Assembly (NCBI GenBank): GCA_964629655.1
Contig: CAZVQU010000001.1
Coordinates: 548,056 to 612,055 of the forward strand
DNA: 64,000 nucleotides
Reading direction: 5' to 3'
Origin: an uncultured Planctomycetia bacterium
GTDB taxonomy: Bacteria; Omnitrophota; Gorgyraeia; Duberdicusellales; 4484-171
A program made the translations under genes and the position numbers. The notes under the pieces were generated by a model, which ran no database searches, was not told the origin of the DNA, and was given only the letters and a program-made list of their open reading frames with translations. Shown here piece after piece: positions 48,812 to 59,088 of this stretch; position 1 is the first letter of the stretch, and each line of letters opens with the position of its first letter.

Positions 48812-50524
48812 ATGACTGTCAAAGAGAAGATATTAGCACAAATTCAGAAAGATAAGAATCTAGACAAAAAGGTGTTTGCTGAAATTAGCAAGAAAACGGG
48901 TAGCTACAAAGAGTTTAGGCAGATGCTTCTAGAGAAGAACCTTATTGATGAAGAAGGATTATTGCTTATCCTCTCCAAAGAGTTGAAAATTCCCTTTTTA
49001 GACTTAAAAAAGTTTAAGGCGCCCCTAAGCAATCAAGAATTTCTTCCCCAAAACATAGCTTCCAAATATAAGGTTTTACCTATTTGCAAAATCGGCAACG
49101 CACTCACTCTTGCCACTGCTAATCCTTTAGATGTTATAGTTTATGATGATATTAAAATTATTACCGAAGCAGATAAGATCGACTTAGTACTCTCTCGAGA
49201 AGAGGATATAGTCAGAAGTTTAAATTCTCTGTATAAGACTACAGAAGATTTCTCAAAGTCCTTTGATGAAACATCTGCCGTTGACGTTCCAGAAGTTAGC
49301 GAGGCTAAAGAAGCCAGTGAGGATTTAGAGAGTTTAGTCACCGAGAGTAAACACCCTCCTATTGTAAGGGCTATCGATCTGGTTGTTTATAGCGCTTTGA
49401 AGAAAAGGGCATCTGATATTCATGTAGAGCCTTACGAGGATAAGCTATTAGTAAAGTATAGAATCGATGGCGCTTTGAATGAAGAATTTAGCTTCCCTAA
49501 GCGAAACCAGCAGGCGGTAGTAGCCAGGCTGAAGATAATTTCGGGATTAGATATAACTGAATCACGCATGCCCCAAGATGGTAGGTTTAAAGTAAAGTTT
49601 GAGAATAGAGAGATAGATTTTAGGGTTTCTAGTCTTCCTACTAATTTTGGAGAGAAATTTGTTTTGCGAGTCCTGGATAGGAAAAGTCTATCTGTAGGAT
49701 TGGAAAAATTAGGCTTTTCCGAAAAACCTTTAAAATTATTTGAAGAGGCGGTAGCAGCGCCTTTCGGAATAATCTTAGTAACCGGACCCACCGGTTCAGG
49801 TAAGTCAACGACTCTCTATTCAATAATCAGCCAAATAAATAGTCCGGAAAGGAATATAGTAACTATTGAAGATCCGGTTGAGTACCACTTAGAGGGGATA
49901 ACCCAGATTCAGGCTAATGCCGATATAGGCCTAACATTCTCGGCCGGATTGCGGTCGGTATTGCGACAATCTCCGGATATTATAATGGTAGGAGAGATAA
50001 GGGATTCAGAGACTGCCGATATTGCCATTAAGGCTTCTTTAACCGGAGAAATTATTTTTTCTACCCTCCATACCAATAGTGCTGTTGGAGCAATCAGCAG
50101 GTTAAGGGATATGGGAACAGAGCCTTTTCTCCTGGCCTCATCATTAGTTGCCTTAACTGCTCAAAGATTAGTAAGAAAATTATGTCCAAAGTGTAAAGAA
50201 AAGTATAAAATGGATAAAGAGACTTTGGAGAGGGCAGAGCTGGATTCTTTCTGTCGTGACCATAAGGGAGTGAGTGAGTTTTACCGGCCGAAAGGGTGCC
50301 CTTATTGCGAGCATAGTGGGTATCGAGGTAGAGTTGCTATCATTGAGGTCATTCTCCTAGATGACAAAATAAAAGAAATGATTGTCGAAAAACTTTCTGA
50401 AAGTGATATTATTGAATATGCCAGGAAGTTTAGGGGGTATAATTCTTTAAGGGAAGATGGATTATTGAAGTGTTTAGCCGGAGAGACCTCTATTGAGGAA
50501 GTCATAAGAGTAACATCAGAATAA
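48812..50524 (+). CDS. PilB/GspE-family extension ATPase 2
   Basis: ASDIHVEP, GPTGSGKST, LRQSPDIIMVGEIRD, STLHTN, two CxxC pairs. Confidence 0.93.
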   Translation: MTVKEKILAQIQKDKNLDKKVFAEISKKTGSYKEFRQMLLEKNLIDEEGLLLILSKELKIPFLDLKKFKAPLSNQEFLPQNIASKYKVLPICKIGNALTLATANPLDVIVYDDIKIITEADKIDLVLSREEDIVRSLNSLYKTTEDFSKSFDETSAVDVPEVSEAKEASEDLESLVTESKHPPIVRAIDLVVYSALKKRASDIHVEPYEDKLLVKYRIDGALNEEFSFPKRNQQAVVARLKIISGLDITESRMPQDGRFKVKFENREIDFRVSSLPTNFGEKFVLRVLDRKSLSVGLEKLGFSEKPLKLFEEAVAAPFGIILVTGPTGSGKSTTLYSIISQINSPERNIVTIEDPVEYHLEGITQIQANADIGLTFSAGLRSVLRQSPDIIMVGEIRDSETADIAIKASLTGEIIFSTLHTNSAVGAISRLRDMGTEPFLLASSLVALTAQRLVRKLCPKCKEKYKMDKETLERAELDSFCRDHKGVSEFYRPKGCPYCEHSGYRGRVAIIEVILLDDKIKEMIVEKLSESDIIEYARKFRGYNSLREDGLLKCLAGETSIEEVIRVTSE

Positions 50525-50525
50525 A

Positions 50526-51740
50526 ATGAAAATATTTTTTTACAACATCAAAAATAAAGAAGGTAAAGTGTTAAAGGGAATGATTGAGGCTGAGTCCCAA
50601 GAAAAAGCAATAGAGCACTTCCAGAAGGAAGGGCTCATAATTCTGTCAATCAAAGAGACTAAGAAGAAGATAAAAGTAAAGGCAAAGGGCAAGGTTAAAG
50701 TTGATGATTTAGTGGTTTTCTCCCGCCAATTCACAACCTTAATCGAGAGCGGAATACCAGTCGTTGAATGTTTGAGTATCTTAGAAGAGCAAGTAGAAAA
50801 TCCCTATTTTAAAGGGGTTATCAATCTAATACTCAAGGATGTTCGTGAAGGAGCAGCTCTTTCCGATGCTTTATCTAAACATAAGGATGTATTTCCTGAT
50901 ATCTACCTAAGTATGGTAGAAGCAGCCGAATTCTCAGGGAATTTACCTGAAATATTAGACCGGGTATCAATTTATTTAGAGAAGAGCAGCGCTTTGAAGA
51001 AAAAGGTAACTTCAGCTCTTTACTACCCGGCTATTATTATATTAATGGCGGTAGGTATAACTGGATTTTTAGTGTTTAAGGTAATCCCTACCTTTAAGGG
51101 GATATTTGCATCTTTGGGAGGCAAATTGCCTCTGCCGACCCAAATTTTAATAAGTTTTTCTGATGCTTTGACCAAGAAAGAATCTGTTGTTCTCCTAATC
51201 GCGCTCATTTTCGGGGGTTTCTTTAGCATCAAGGCTTACATTAATACTCCTAAGGGTAAGAAAGTCTTTCATAGACTTATACTTAAACTTCCAGTAGTCG
51301 GAGGACTAATAAGAAAAATGGCTATTGCTAAATTTTCCCGGACATTCTCTACTCTGGTAAAAAGTGGCGTATCCATAGTCAAATGTTTAGAGATTGTAGG
51401 CAAAACCTCGGGAAATAAAATAGTAGAGGATGCTGTAATGGAGTCCAAGATTGCCATCCAGGAAGGCCAACCTATTTCTGTTCCTCTTGAGAAGACCGGA
51501 GTATTTCCGACCATGGTTATTAAGATGATATCTATAGGCGAGAGGAGTGGTCGGCTAGAGGAGATGCTGTCAAAGATAGCTCAGTTTTACGAGGAGCAGA
51601 CTGATGCTATGGTGGCAGGCCTAGCCAGCCTTATAGAGCCCCTGGTAATAGCTTTTTTGGGCATTATTGTAGGGGGAATAGTCATCTCTTTATTCCTGCC
51701 AATAATAAAAATGACCCAATTTATAGGCGGAATGAGCTGA
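50526..51740 (+). CDS. pilC: Type IV pilus platform protein PilC/GspF
   Basis: FSRQFTTLIESG, ALYYP, GERSGRLEEML, LIEP; two T2SSF domains. Confidence 0.93.
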   Translation: MKIFFYNIKNKEGKVLKGMIEAESQEKAIEHFQKEGLIILSIKETKKKIKVKAKGKVKVDDLVVFSRQFTTLIESGIPVVECLSILEEQVENPYFKGVINLILKDVREGAALSDALSKHKDVFPDIYLSMVEAAEFSGNLPEILDRVSIYLEKSSALKKKVTSALYYPAIIILMAVGITGFLVFKVIPTFKGIFASLGGKLPLPTQILISFSDALTKKESVVLLIALIFGGFFSIKAYINTPKGKKVFHRLILKLPVVGGLIRKMAIAKFSRTFSTLVKSGVSIVKCLEIVGKTSGNKIVEDAVMESKIAIQEGQPISVPLEKTGVFPTMVIKMISIGERSGRLEEMLSKIAQFYEEQTDAMVAGLASLIEPLVIAFLGIIVGGIVISLFLPIIKMTQFIGGMS

Positions 51741-51742
51741 CA

Positions 51743-51771
51743 TTGACATTCCATGCCCCCTGTGGTATATT
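51743..51771 (+). promoter_or_regulatory. sigma70 promoter of the probable major pilin
   Basis: TTGACA-17 nt-TATATT with TG extension. Confidence 0.7.
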
Positions 51772-51876
51772 TTAGGTGCGTTCTTTTATATATATATTTA
51801 GCCGCAGGGTCCTTAAAAAGGGGGTGAAAAAAGGTACAAAGATGGACCTTGGCCATTAAAAAACGGAGGTGTAAAG

Positions 51877-52296
51877 ATGAGAAAAGGTTTTACATTAGTT
51901 GAGATTATGATCGTTGTTGCCATTATTGCTCTTTTGGCAGCAATAGCTATTCCAAACCTTCTAAGAGCAAGAGTAAACGCTGCCCAAGCTTATGCCCAGG
52001 CTGCTTTGAGAACTATATCTACAGCTTACGAGAGCTACGCTTCAGCCAATGCCGGAAGTTACAATGAGACTCTGGCTAATTTGGCAACCGTCGCTGTACA
52101 CGACCCAGTTTATCTTAATCAGAACTTTGCAGCTTGTACAGCAGGAGCTCCTTGTCAGAATTACTCATTTGCCTGTACTCCTGCTGCAGGAAGCTATACT
52201 TGCACAGCTACCGGCCAGGGGGCTATCGCGGGGAAAGCAAACAACTATCAGGTTGTAACCGGAGGGAACCTAACTTCAACCGGAACCGGCTCATAA
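51877..52296 (+). CDS. Type IV pilin, probable major pilin
   Basis: KG/FTLVEIMIVVAIIALLAAIAIPN; own promoter, GGAGGT RBS and terminator. Confidence 0.9.
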   Translation: MRKGFTLVEIMIVVAIIALLAAIAIPNLLRARVNAAQAYAQAALRTISTAYESYASANAGSYNETLANLATVAVHDPVYLNQNFAACTAGAPCQNYSFACTPAAGSYTCTATGQGAIAGKANNYQVVTGGNLTSTGTGS

Positions 52297-52319
52297 TTAA
52301 CTTCAAAGGATTCAATTCT

Positions 52320-52351
52320 AACCGCCTCTTTGCAAAAAGAGGCGGTTTTTT
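52320..52351 (+). terminator. Intrinsic terminator after the pilin gene
   Basis: AACCGCCTCTTT-GCAA-AAAGAGGCGGTT followed by a T run. Confidence 0.85.
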
Positions 52352-52416
52352 ATTGCCTTGGTTTTTTCTTCCCTTGTCATGCCTAAGATATTTTGTTATT
52401 ATTTTACTATTAGACT

Positions 52417-54411
52417 ATGAGTCTCGAAAACAAAACAAAATTTAATACTACTATTGCCGAAGCCTCTAAGATAACAACAGGCCTGACCTTTCTTTTGATA
52501 TTCTTAGAGTCTTTAGGGAATTACACCTTTTTTTATAATCATTTTCCCCGCAGAGGCTTCTTTACCATTATCTTTAATACCACCATATTAAAGTTTATCA
52601 GCTTGCCAATATTGCAACTTACTCTGGTTACTTTTTCAGTATACTTTTTCGTGATTTTCTTCTTTATCTATACGCTTTTCTTATTGAAAGAAAACTTATG
52701 CTTAAACGGCAAAAAGGCTAATTATTTTTTCTTCATATTTTCGGTAATAAGCATCTACATAGCTCTCTATGCTTGCTATGGCTTAAATGGATTTTTATGT
52801 CCCCATTCGCAAGAACGACATCCCTTTCTTTATGAGACATTTTTTTTCCTAGAAAATAATTTTTATCAGCCTTTACCAGTTTGGGTCAAGATCAGTTACT
52901 ATCTCGCTTTTTTTTATTGGCTGGGAATATTTATATTTACCCTAAAAAAAGCAAAACGAAGGGCACTTCTGATTTCAATGCCAATAATCGCTGCGTTTAT
53001 TGTAGGCCTTTCTTTGCTGGTCTCTAGTTTTCTTCCGATTAGAGAGTTTAAAAAGAAGGATAATATTATTTTTATTGGCATAGATTCACTTCAATACAAC
53101 CAGCTTTCTCAGGATTGGGGGTACGGGAAAGATTTAGCTCCCAATATCTATGAGTTTCTAGAGGACTCAACTTGCTTTATGAATGCCTGGACCCCCTTTG
53201 CCAGAACCTACCCCTCCTACAATAGCATATTGACTGGCCGCTACCCGATAAACAATGGAGCCAGGGCAAATTTAGTCCAGGACCATCGTCTCAGCTCAGA
53301 CAATTTATACTTAGGAGATGTTTTAAAAGAAAGGGGCTACTATAGACTGCACTGCACTGATGATGTACGATTTAGTAATGTCGGGGAACAACATGGTTTT
53401 GATGAGGTGTTTAGTCCCCGTAAAGACATTGCTGGCCTTTTAGCTACGGCTTTTTATGATTATGCTTTTTGTAACATAATGATTCAGAAGGATATTTTGC
53501 CATGGTTTTTCAGCCCTGTTTCCTATAACCGGGCCCATATTGCCTACAATCCTAAAGGCTTTATAAGGGCTGTGGCTAGGCGCATCAACAGTCTTCCCAG
53601 GGATAGGCGCCAATTTATTACTATTCATTTATGCGCCAACCACCAACCATATTCTTCCTCATATCTCTATGAGCGGGACCAGACTTTAACAGATCCCTCT
53701 GAGCGGTGTATAGCCATGGTTGATGATCAGTTTAAAGAGCTGATCCAATATCTTAAGAGGAGTGGGTTGTATGATAAATCAAAGATTGTATTGTTATCTG
53801 ACCATGGGTGTGGGTGGAGTGATAAGGAAATTAACTTAACTCATGGAAGTGATTTTTATTCTCCCTGGGCCAACAGGATAGTTCTTGGATTTCACCCTAA
53901 CTTAAAAGGTGAATTTCCCCGAAGAATCACCAATTTAGCAAGAAGCATAGATATTTACCCTACAATTCTTGAGATGCTAAATATAGACATACCTGAAGAT
54001 ATAGACGGTAGGAGTCTGTTGCCGTTAATGCGAGGGGAGGAAGAAGATCCGCGAAGATTATTTGCTGAATCAGGATATTCTTTTCGTATTCATTTTGGCC
54101 AAGAGATTATGGTCGATCCCAAAAGCATTCGTTCCCAGATAAAGCGCTTTAAGGTAGACTCTGAGACCGGCTTTGTCTATGTGCGCGATGAGGATTACCA
54201 GGAGATTATAGATAAGAAGTGGTATATGCTAATAGATAAAGATCAGAGATTAGCATATAATCCTTTCCTGGATATTGCCGAAGTGTTTAGAATAGATACG
54301 GAATCCGGAGAAGATATTCCATCTGTGCCCCAAGGGCAAGATTCACAGCTATATTCGGAGAGAGGAAAAGGACTGCTAAGAGAGCTTAAGAGACATTTTA
54401 AGCTAAGGTGA
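52417..54411 (+). CDS. Membrane-anchored sulfatase/alkaline-phosphatase-superfamily transferase
   Basis: About 5 TM, NIIFIGIDSL, ARTYPSYNSILTGRYP, H.PY, LSDHG, IDIYPTIL, DGRSLLPL. Confidence 0.85.
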   Translation: MSLENKTKFNTTIAEASKITTGLTFLLIFLESLGNYTFFYNHFPRRGFFTIIFNTTILKFISLPILQLTLVTFSVYFFVIFFFIYTLFLLKENLCLNGKKANYFFFIFSVISIYIALYACYGLNGFLCPHSQERHPFLYETFFFLENNFYQPLPVWVKISYYLAFFYWLGIFIFTLKKAKRRALLISMPIIAAFIVGLSLLVSSFLPIREFKKKDNIIFIGIDSLQYNQLSQDWGYGKDLAPNIYEFLEDSTCFMNAWTPFARTYPSYNSILTGRYPINNGARANLVQDHRLSSDNLYLGDVLKERGYYRLHCTDDVRFSNVGEQHGFDEVFSPRKDIAGLLATAFYDYAFCNIMIQKDILPWFFSPVSYNRAHIAYNPKGFIRAVARRINSLPRDRRQFITIHLCANHQPYSSSYLYERDQTLTDPSERCIAMVDDQFKELIQYLKRSGLYDKSKIVLLSDHGCGWSDKEINLTHGSDFYSPWANRIVLGFHPNLKGEFPRRITNLARSIDIYPTILEMLNIDIPEDIDGRSLLPLMRGEEEDPRRLFAESGYSFRIHFGQEIMVDPKSIRSQIKRFKVDSETGFVYVRDEDYQEIIDKKWYMLIDKDQRLAYNPFLDIAEVFRIDTESGEDIPSVPQGQDSQLYSERGKGLLRELKRHFKLR

Positions 54412-54476
54412 CCCTTGCTGGTATTGACAGAGGCGTTTATGTGTAATAGAATAGACACGATATTTGGTGAGGCATA

Positions 54477-54899
54477 ATGGATAGAAAATATACAAAAAAA
54501 GGGTTTACCCTTGTTGAGATTATGATTGTAATCGCTATTATTGTTATAGTAATAGCAATGACTAGCGTTAATCTCGTCAGGTCAAAAACGACTGCGGTTG
54601 AAGCCAACGCCCAAGCTACCTTAAAAACAATAGGCACTGCAATGGAGTCTTATTCCGGTGTGACTGGTGGGCGATATCCCCAGGGTATTGATTTAAGCCA
54701 GTTATATGATCCTGACCCTAAGTATATCAATAAAGATTATGTTGCCGATTGCACCACTGGTTCTCCTTGCCAAGGATATGCTTATAGTTGCGTTTTAGCC
54801 TCATCAGGTTACACCTGCACAGCGACTCCTGACGAAAATTACACCGGTGCTCGAACTTACCAAATTGTGACCGGAAGCAAATTGACAACGGTTGAATAA
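54477..54899 (+). CDS. Type IV pilin paralog
   Basis: KG/FTLVEIMIV; same CTxGxPCQxYxxxC...YTCTAT pattern as 51877; promoter TTGACA-17-TAGAAT at 54424. Confidence 0.88.
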   Translation: MDRKYTKKGFTLVEIMIVIAIIVIVIAMTSVNLVRSKTTAVEANAQATLKTIGTAMESYSGVTGGRYPQGIDLSQLYDPDPKYINKDYVADCTTGSPCQGYAYSCVLASSGYTCTATPDENYTGARTYQIVTGSKLTTVE

Positions 54900-55120
54900 C
54901 AACCCTCTTTTTAGTTTCTCAAACCGATATTTTTAAGCAAGTTTTCGTTAATTTCCGCTAAGGTGTTGTTGAGAAGCCTTTTTGAACAAGAGATACGTTG
55001 ACATAGCTAAGCTTAAGTAATAAAATACTTACAAAGGATATATTTTTTTCTTAGAATGCGTTTTTTGAGTGAAAGCGCAAGGGGAAAAGTGTATCAAGAG
55101 GTAGCTCTGACTATAAACTA

Positions 55121-56119
55121 ATGGATTTAACCTTCCTACAAAATAAATTTGTAAAAAAAGAAGTTGAGAAATTTGTCGCAATTAACCTAGGAGAGTACTA
55201 TATAAAAGGGTTAATTGTTGAGGCCGGCAAAGTTACAGATTACTTTTTAGCCAAGAGAGAAGATTTATCGACCACGATAAAAAAGCTTTGGGCCGAAAAG
55301 AAGATCTCGGTTAAAAAAGTAAAGGTATCAGTCAAAAATCCGGCCTGTTTAGTCAGATACTTTCCTTTTCCTAAGATGGAGAAGAAGAAGCTAAGCCAAG
55401 CCCTCTTCTACGAGATGAACAAATTCATTCCTTTTGCTTCCGATAAGGTATACTTTGATTTTTCTGTCCTCAAAGAGAATTCTTCCGCAGAACTATCGAT
55501 ATTGCTTGCAGTAGCCAAGAAGGAATTTATCGATAATATTTTAGAGTCTTTTGGGAAGGTTGGCTTGAGAGCAACTGAGGTTAATCTGGACAGCATATGT
55601 CTTACTAATCTCTTTTTAAATAATTACCAAGATATCAAAGATGTAAATTCTTGTATATTAGATATCGGGTATAATTTTTCTACCATGACTATTGTAAATA
55701 ATGGTATTCCTTTTCTTACCCGAGATGTGAAGTTCAGCGCAAGAGAGGTATTTCAGATTTTATCGCGCATAAAAGGCCAATCTCTTGCTGACATAGAGAA
55801 AGATCTATTCGCTTCCAAAGACAGTAGCGAGTTTCTAAAGTCAACCCAGGATAGTATCTTAAGCTTTTGTAAAGAGCTGAAGAGCTCCTTTGATTATTTT
55901 GAGGTGAATAAAAGCGAGCCAATAAATAAATTATACCTTAGCGGAGGCTTAGCTTCAGTGAAGGGCATAGAGAATGTTTTCATCGAGGCTCTGGATATCG
56001 AGGTAGAGATATTAAGACCTTTTTTTGAAAAGGATGAAAAGCTTGATAAAGTCTTCTCTAGCAAAGAATTTAATATTTTTAAGAATAGCTTTTCAGTACC
56101 TTTTGGTTTGATTCTATGA
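55121..56119 (+). CDS. pilM: Type IV pilus assembly protein PilM-like
   Basis: Actin-like fold motifs (ILDIGYNFS, SFDYF, LYLSGG); first gene of the M-N-O-P-Q block; promoter TTGACA-17-TAAAAT at 54998. Confidence 0.8.
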   Translation: MDLTFLQNKFVKKEVEKFVAINLGEYYIKGLIVEAGKVTDYFLAKREDLSTTIKKLWAEKKISVKKVKVSVKNPACLVRYFPFPKMEKKKLSQALFYEMNKFIPFASDKVYFDFSVLKENSSAELSILLAVAKKEFIDNILESFGKVGLRATEVNLDSICLTNLFLNNYQDIKDVNSCILDIGYNFSTMTIVNNGIPFLTRDVKFSAREVFQILSRIKGQSLADIEKDLFASKDSSEFLKSTQDSILSFCKELKSSFDYFEVNKSEPINKLYLSGGLASVKGIENVFIEALDIEVEILRPFFEKDEKLDKVFSSKEFNIFKNSFSVPFGLIL

Positions 56120-56679
56120 AGAAGATAATCATAAACTTAAGCCCTCAAAAAGAGACCGCTGCAACTGCCCTTTTGCAAAGAGTAGTCTCTTATACATCTC
56201 TGGGGGGATTAACTGCTGCCCTTGTTTTAGTACTAATCATATTCTTACAGATGTTTATCATTAAACAGACCTACGATTGTTCAAAATACAATAAGAAGTG
56301 GGAGGCATGGGAGAGTAAGTATAAGGAAATGAAGGAGATAAAGAAGGGAATAGCTAAACTAGAGAAGGTGAAAAACAAGCTAGAAGAAATCGCTACCCCC
56401 AAGTATGACATTGTTCTTATCCTTGAAGGTATCTTCTCTTCTCTGCCTAAAAACGTATGGTTTGAGGGTTTAGATTTTGAGAAGGGGGTCATTAGTTTAA
56501 GGGGTTATGTTGTAAAATGGAGAGAAGATTATCTGGTTTCCGTCGATAGTTTCATAAATTCTTTACGGGAACAGGAGTACTTTTCTTCAAAGTTTAAGAA
56601 GGTGAATATAAAAGAGTCTAAAAGATCAAGCTTCAATGGCGTCGAGACGCTAAAATTTATTATCGAATGCAAAAAATAA
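56116..56679 (+). CDS. pilN: PilN-like protein
   Basis: INL.P N-terminus, TM, coiled coil, LPKNVWF. Confidence 0.78.
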   Translation: MKKIIINLSPQKETAATALLQRVVSYTSLGGLTAALVLVLIIFLQMFIIKQTYDCSKYNKKWEAWESKYKEMKEIKKGIAKLEKVKNKLEEIATPKYDIVLILEGIFSSLPKNVWFEGLDFEKGVISLRGYVVKWREDYLVSVDSFINSLREQEYFSSKFKKVNIKESKRSSFNGVETLKFIIECKK

Positions 56680-57209
56680 ATATAGATAAACCAACTTTGG
56701 GTTTTATTGTTGTGGCAGCCATTCTGGTGGTTGAGTTGCTTGTTATATTTCCCTGGGAGGTCAGCAAAATAGGGGCTTTGACTAGAAGAGGAAATAAGCT
56801 TATTGAAAAGCTTAACGCTATTGAGAATGAATGGCCGAGAAAGGAGCAATACCTAGAAAGCAAAGAGTTATTAAAAAAGGAGATTCAAAGAGCCCGCGGA
56901 AAGTTTATTGTCCGCGATCAAGAGTCTAAGGCACTTTCGTTTATATCCGTCAGCAGCAAAGCTTTTGGAATCGAAATCAATCTCCTTACACCCGGAGATT
57001 TAAAAAGTTATACCAAGACAAAGGTCGGTAACTTTAAATATCTACCGATTAAGGTCAAAGCAAAGGGGAATTTTCATAATTTAGCGATGTTTTTAGATCA
57101 CCTTAGCGATAGCCAGTATTTTTTCGAAGTTAAAAAGTTAACTATATTGTCCGGTTCTCCTTATAATTCAGTGGAGATAATGATATGCGGAGCTGTTGCA
57201 GTAAAATAA
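56667..57209 (+). CDS. pilO: PilO-like protein
   Basis: TM, coiled coil, LPIKV...GNFHNLAMFL. Confidence 0.78.
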   Translation: MQKINIDKPTLGFIVVAAILVVELLVIFPWEVSKIGALTRRGNKLIEKLNAIENEWPRKEQYLESKELLKKEIQRARGKFIVRDQESKALSFISVSSKAFGIEINLLTPGDLKSYTKTKVGNFKYLPIKVKAKGNFHNLAMFLDHLSDSQYFFEVKKLTILSGSPYNSVEIMICGAVAVK

Positions 57210-57550
57210 CCTCAATATTTTTTATTACGATCTTATCTTTTATGATCATTTATCCTTTCTGTTTCGGGGAAAGTAAATATGCTTTTAAGCTAACCGATAG
57301 AGATCCTTTTTCTCCTTTGGTTAGCAAGAATGGCACCTTGATAATACCACGGGAAATAGATTTAGGACGTTTGGTTGTAAAGGGTATAATATATTCTAAG
57401 GAATCCCCGGTGGCTATCATTAATGATGAAGTAGTCGAAAGAGGTGAAAAAATTGGCGATTATCTTGTTTTAGAGATAGAGGAAAAAAGAATTATTTTAA
57501 AAAAGGGTGATAAAGAATTCATATTAAAACTAGAGGAGGATGAAGAATGA
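57185..57550 (+). CDS. PilP/GspC-like protein
   Basis: RDPFSP, VKGIIY...VAIIN, GEKIG; lies between pilO and the secretin. Start uncertain. Confidence 0.65.
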   Translation: MRSCCSKITSIFFITILSFMIIYPFCFGESKYAFKLTDRDPFSPLVSKNGTLIIPREIDLGRLVVKGIIYSKESPVAIINDEVVERGEKIGDYLVLEIEEKRIILKKGDKEFILKLEEDEE

Positions 57551-59055
57551 GAGAAAGGATAAAGTTAGCACTTTTGCTGATACTTTTTAGTTTTTGTTTT
57601 CCCTCTTTTGGTTTTGCCGAGAGCGATGACTTAATTCCAGTAATCAAATTCAAAGATGCTGATATCAAGATAGTATTACAGTCAATAGCTCAGAAAGCAA
57701 CCAGGGACGGCGAAAAAGTTAACATTGTAATCAGTCCAAACGTAGAAGGCTTAGTCAGCGTAAATTTAGAGAATGTTGACTGGTTTTCAACTCTTGAAGC
57801 AGTGCTAAGGCCTTACGATTATAGTTATGAGTGGGTCGGGGACACTATACTACTGGTAGATACTACTGACAAGATAAGTGAAAGAGAATCTTTAGCCAAG
57901 GAAAGAGAGGAGGTAGAGCCTTCGCGAACCCGGGTCTTTAAGCTAAGATTTATTGATGCTAATGATGCTAAGAAAGCGATTGAGCCGATACTTTCTCCGA
58001 TAGGAAGAGTCTCGGTATTGGAAGTCACTGGTCAAGCCGGTTGGGAGTTCGGTACAGACATTACGAAAAGGTCTCGATCAAAAGAGGGAAAGGTTTCGCG
58101 AACAAAAACCTTAATCGTTTCTGATATATCTAAGAAGCTAGATGATGTCGATTCTCTTCTTAAGAAGATTGATGTTATGTCTAAGCAGATTTTAATAAAG
58201 ACCAGGATTATGGAGGTTAACAGAGACATTCTTGAAGATTTCGGCTTTGATTGGGGAACAGGTATAAACGGTGCTTCTTCGTCAACCTTGGCTTATACCG
58301 GGGCAAGCGATTCGAATAGAGAAGAGATGGCCGGGCATATGTTATCTGATCAAAATACTCCGTCATTGTTTGGGGCAAAGACTACCGGTCTAGATAGTGG
58401 CGATACCGGTTTGAAGCTGGCCTTTCGTAAATTAACCGGTAGCCAATTTGAAGCTATAGTTCATGCTTTAGAAGAAGATTCTCGGACTAATACTCTTTCT
58501 GCGCCGATAATCCTTACTTTGGATGGCCAGGAAGCATCCATACTGGTTGGGCAGAAATATCCGATCATAAAGACCGAGGTTAGTACTGAGACTAACCAAG
58601 TTACCGGAGGCTCTCTAGATTACTATCAGGATATCGGCATCCAAGTTAATGTGGTCCCGCAAATATGCGGCGCAGACGAAGGCTATATCAATATGATTAT
58701 TCATCCGGCAGTAACCGGCCGCTTAAGCGATGTCTCTATCACTCAAGGTGAGACAACCTTAGTTTCTTATCCCTGGTTAACCTCTCGGGAGACAGAAACA
58801 CAAGTCATAGTGAAGGACGGAGAGACAATTGTTATCGGAGGCCTGATCAAAGATGTATTATCAAGACAGGAAATAGGCGTACCGGTTTTAAGCAAATTAC
58901 CAATACTAGGCTGGTTGTTTAAGCGTGAAACAGAGGATATTGAGAAGATAGATCTAATGATTTTTATTACAGCTAAGATTGTAGCTCCCGGTGAACTTGT
59001 TCCTTTGGAAATTATGGATATTGATAAATTTACTACTATGTTTGACAAAATGTAG
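57547..59055 (+). CDS. Secretin (PilQ/GspD family)
   Basis: Signal peptide, FKDADI..VL, LSAP.I.TLDGQEASI.VG, VKDGETIVIGGL, GVPVLSKLPILGWLF. Confidence 0.92.
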   Translation: MRERIKLALLLILFSFCFPSFGFAESDDLIPVIKFKDADIKIVLQSIAQKATRDGEKVNIVISPNVEGLVSVNLENVDWFSTLEAVLRPYDYSYEWVGDTILLVDTTDKISERESLAKEREEVEPSRTRVFKLRFIDANDAKKAIEPILSPIGRVSVLEVTGQAGWEFGTDITKRSRSKEGKVSRTKTLIVSDISKKLDDVDSLLKKIDVMSKQILIKTRIMEVNRDILEDFGFDWGTGINGASSSTLAYTGASDSNREEMAGHMLSDQNTPSLFGAKTTGLDSGDTGLKLAFRKLTGSQFEAIVHALEEDSRTNTLSAPIILTLDGQEASILVGQKYPIIKTEVSTETNQVTGGSLDYYQDIGIQVNVVPQICGADEGYINMIIHPAVTGRLSDVSITQGETTLVSYPWLTSRETETQVIVKDGETIVIGGLIKDVLSRQEIGVPVLSKLPILGWLFKRETEDIEKIDLMIFITAKIVAPGELVPLEIMDIDKFTTMFDKM

Positions 59056-59088
59056 TAATACTAATTATTCTTTAGGAGGTAAGGGCAG

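Noticed and set aside
51772-51876. c-di-GMP riboswitch in the pilin leader
   Set aside because: The class I GCAAAC...GAAA...GACGCAAAG core is not present.
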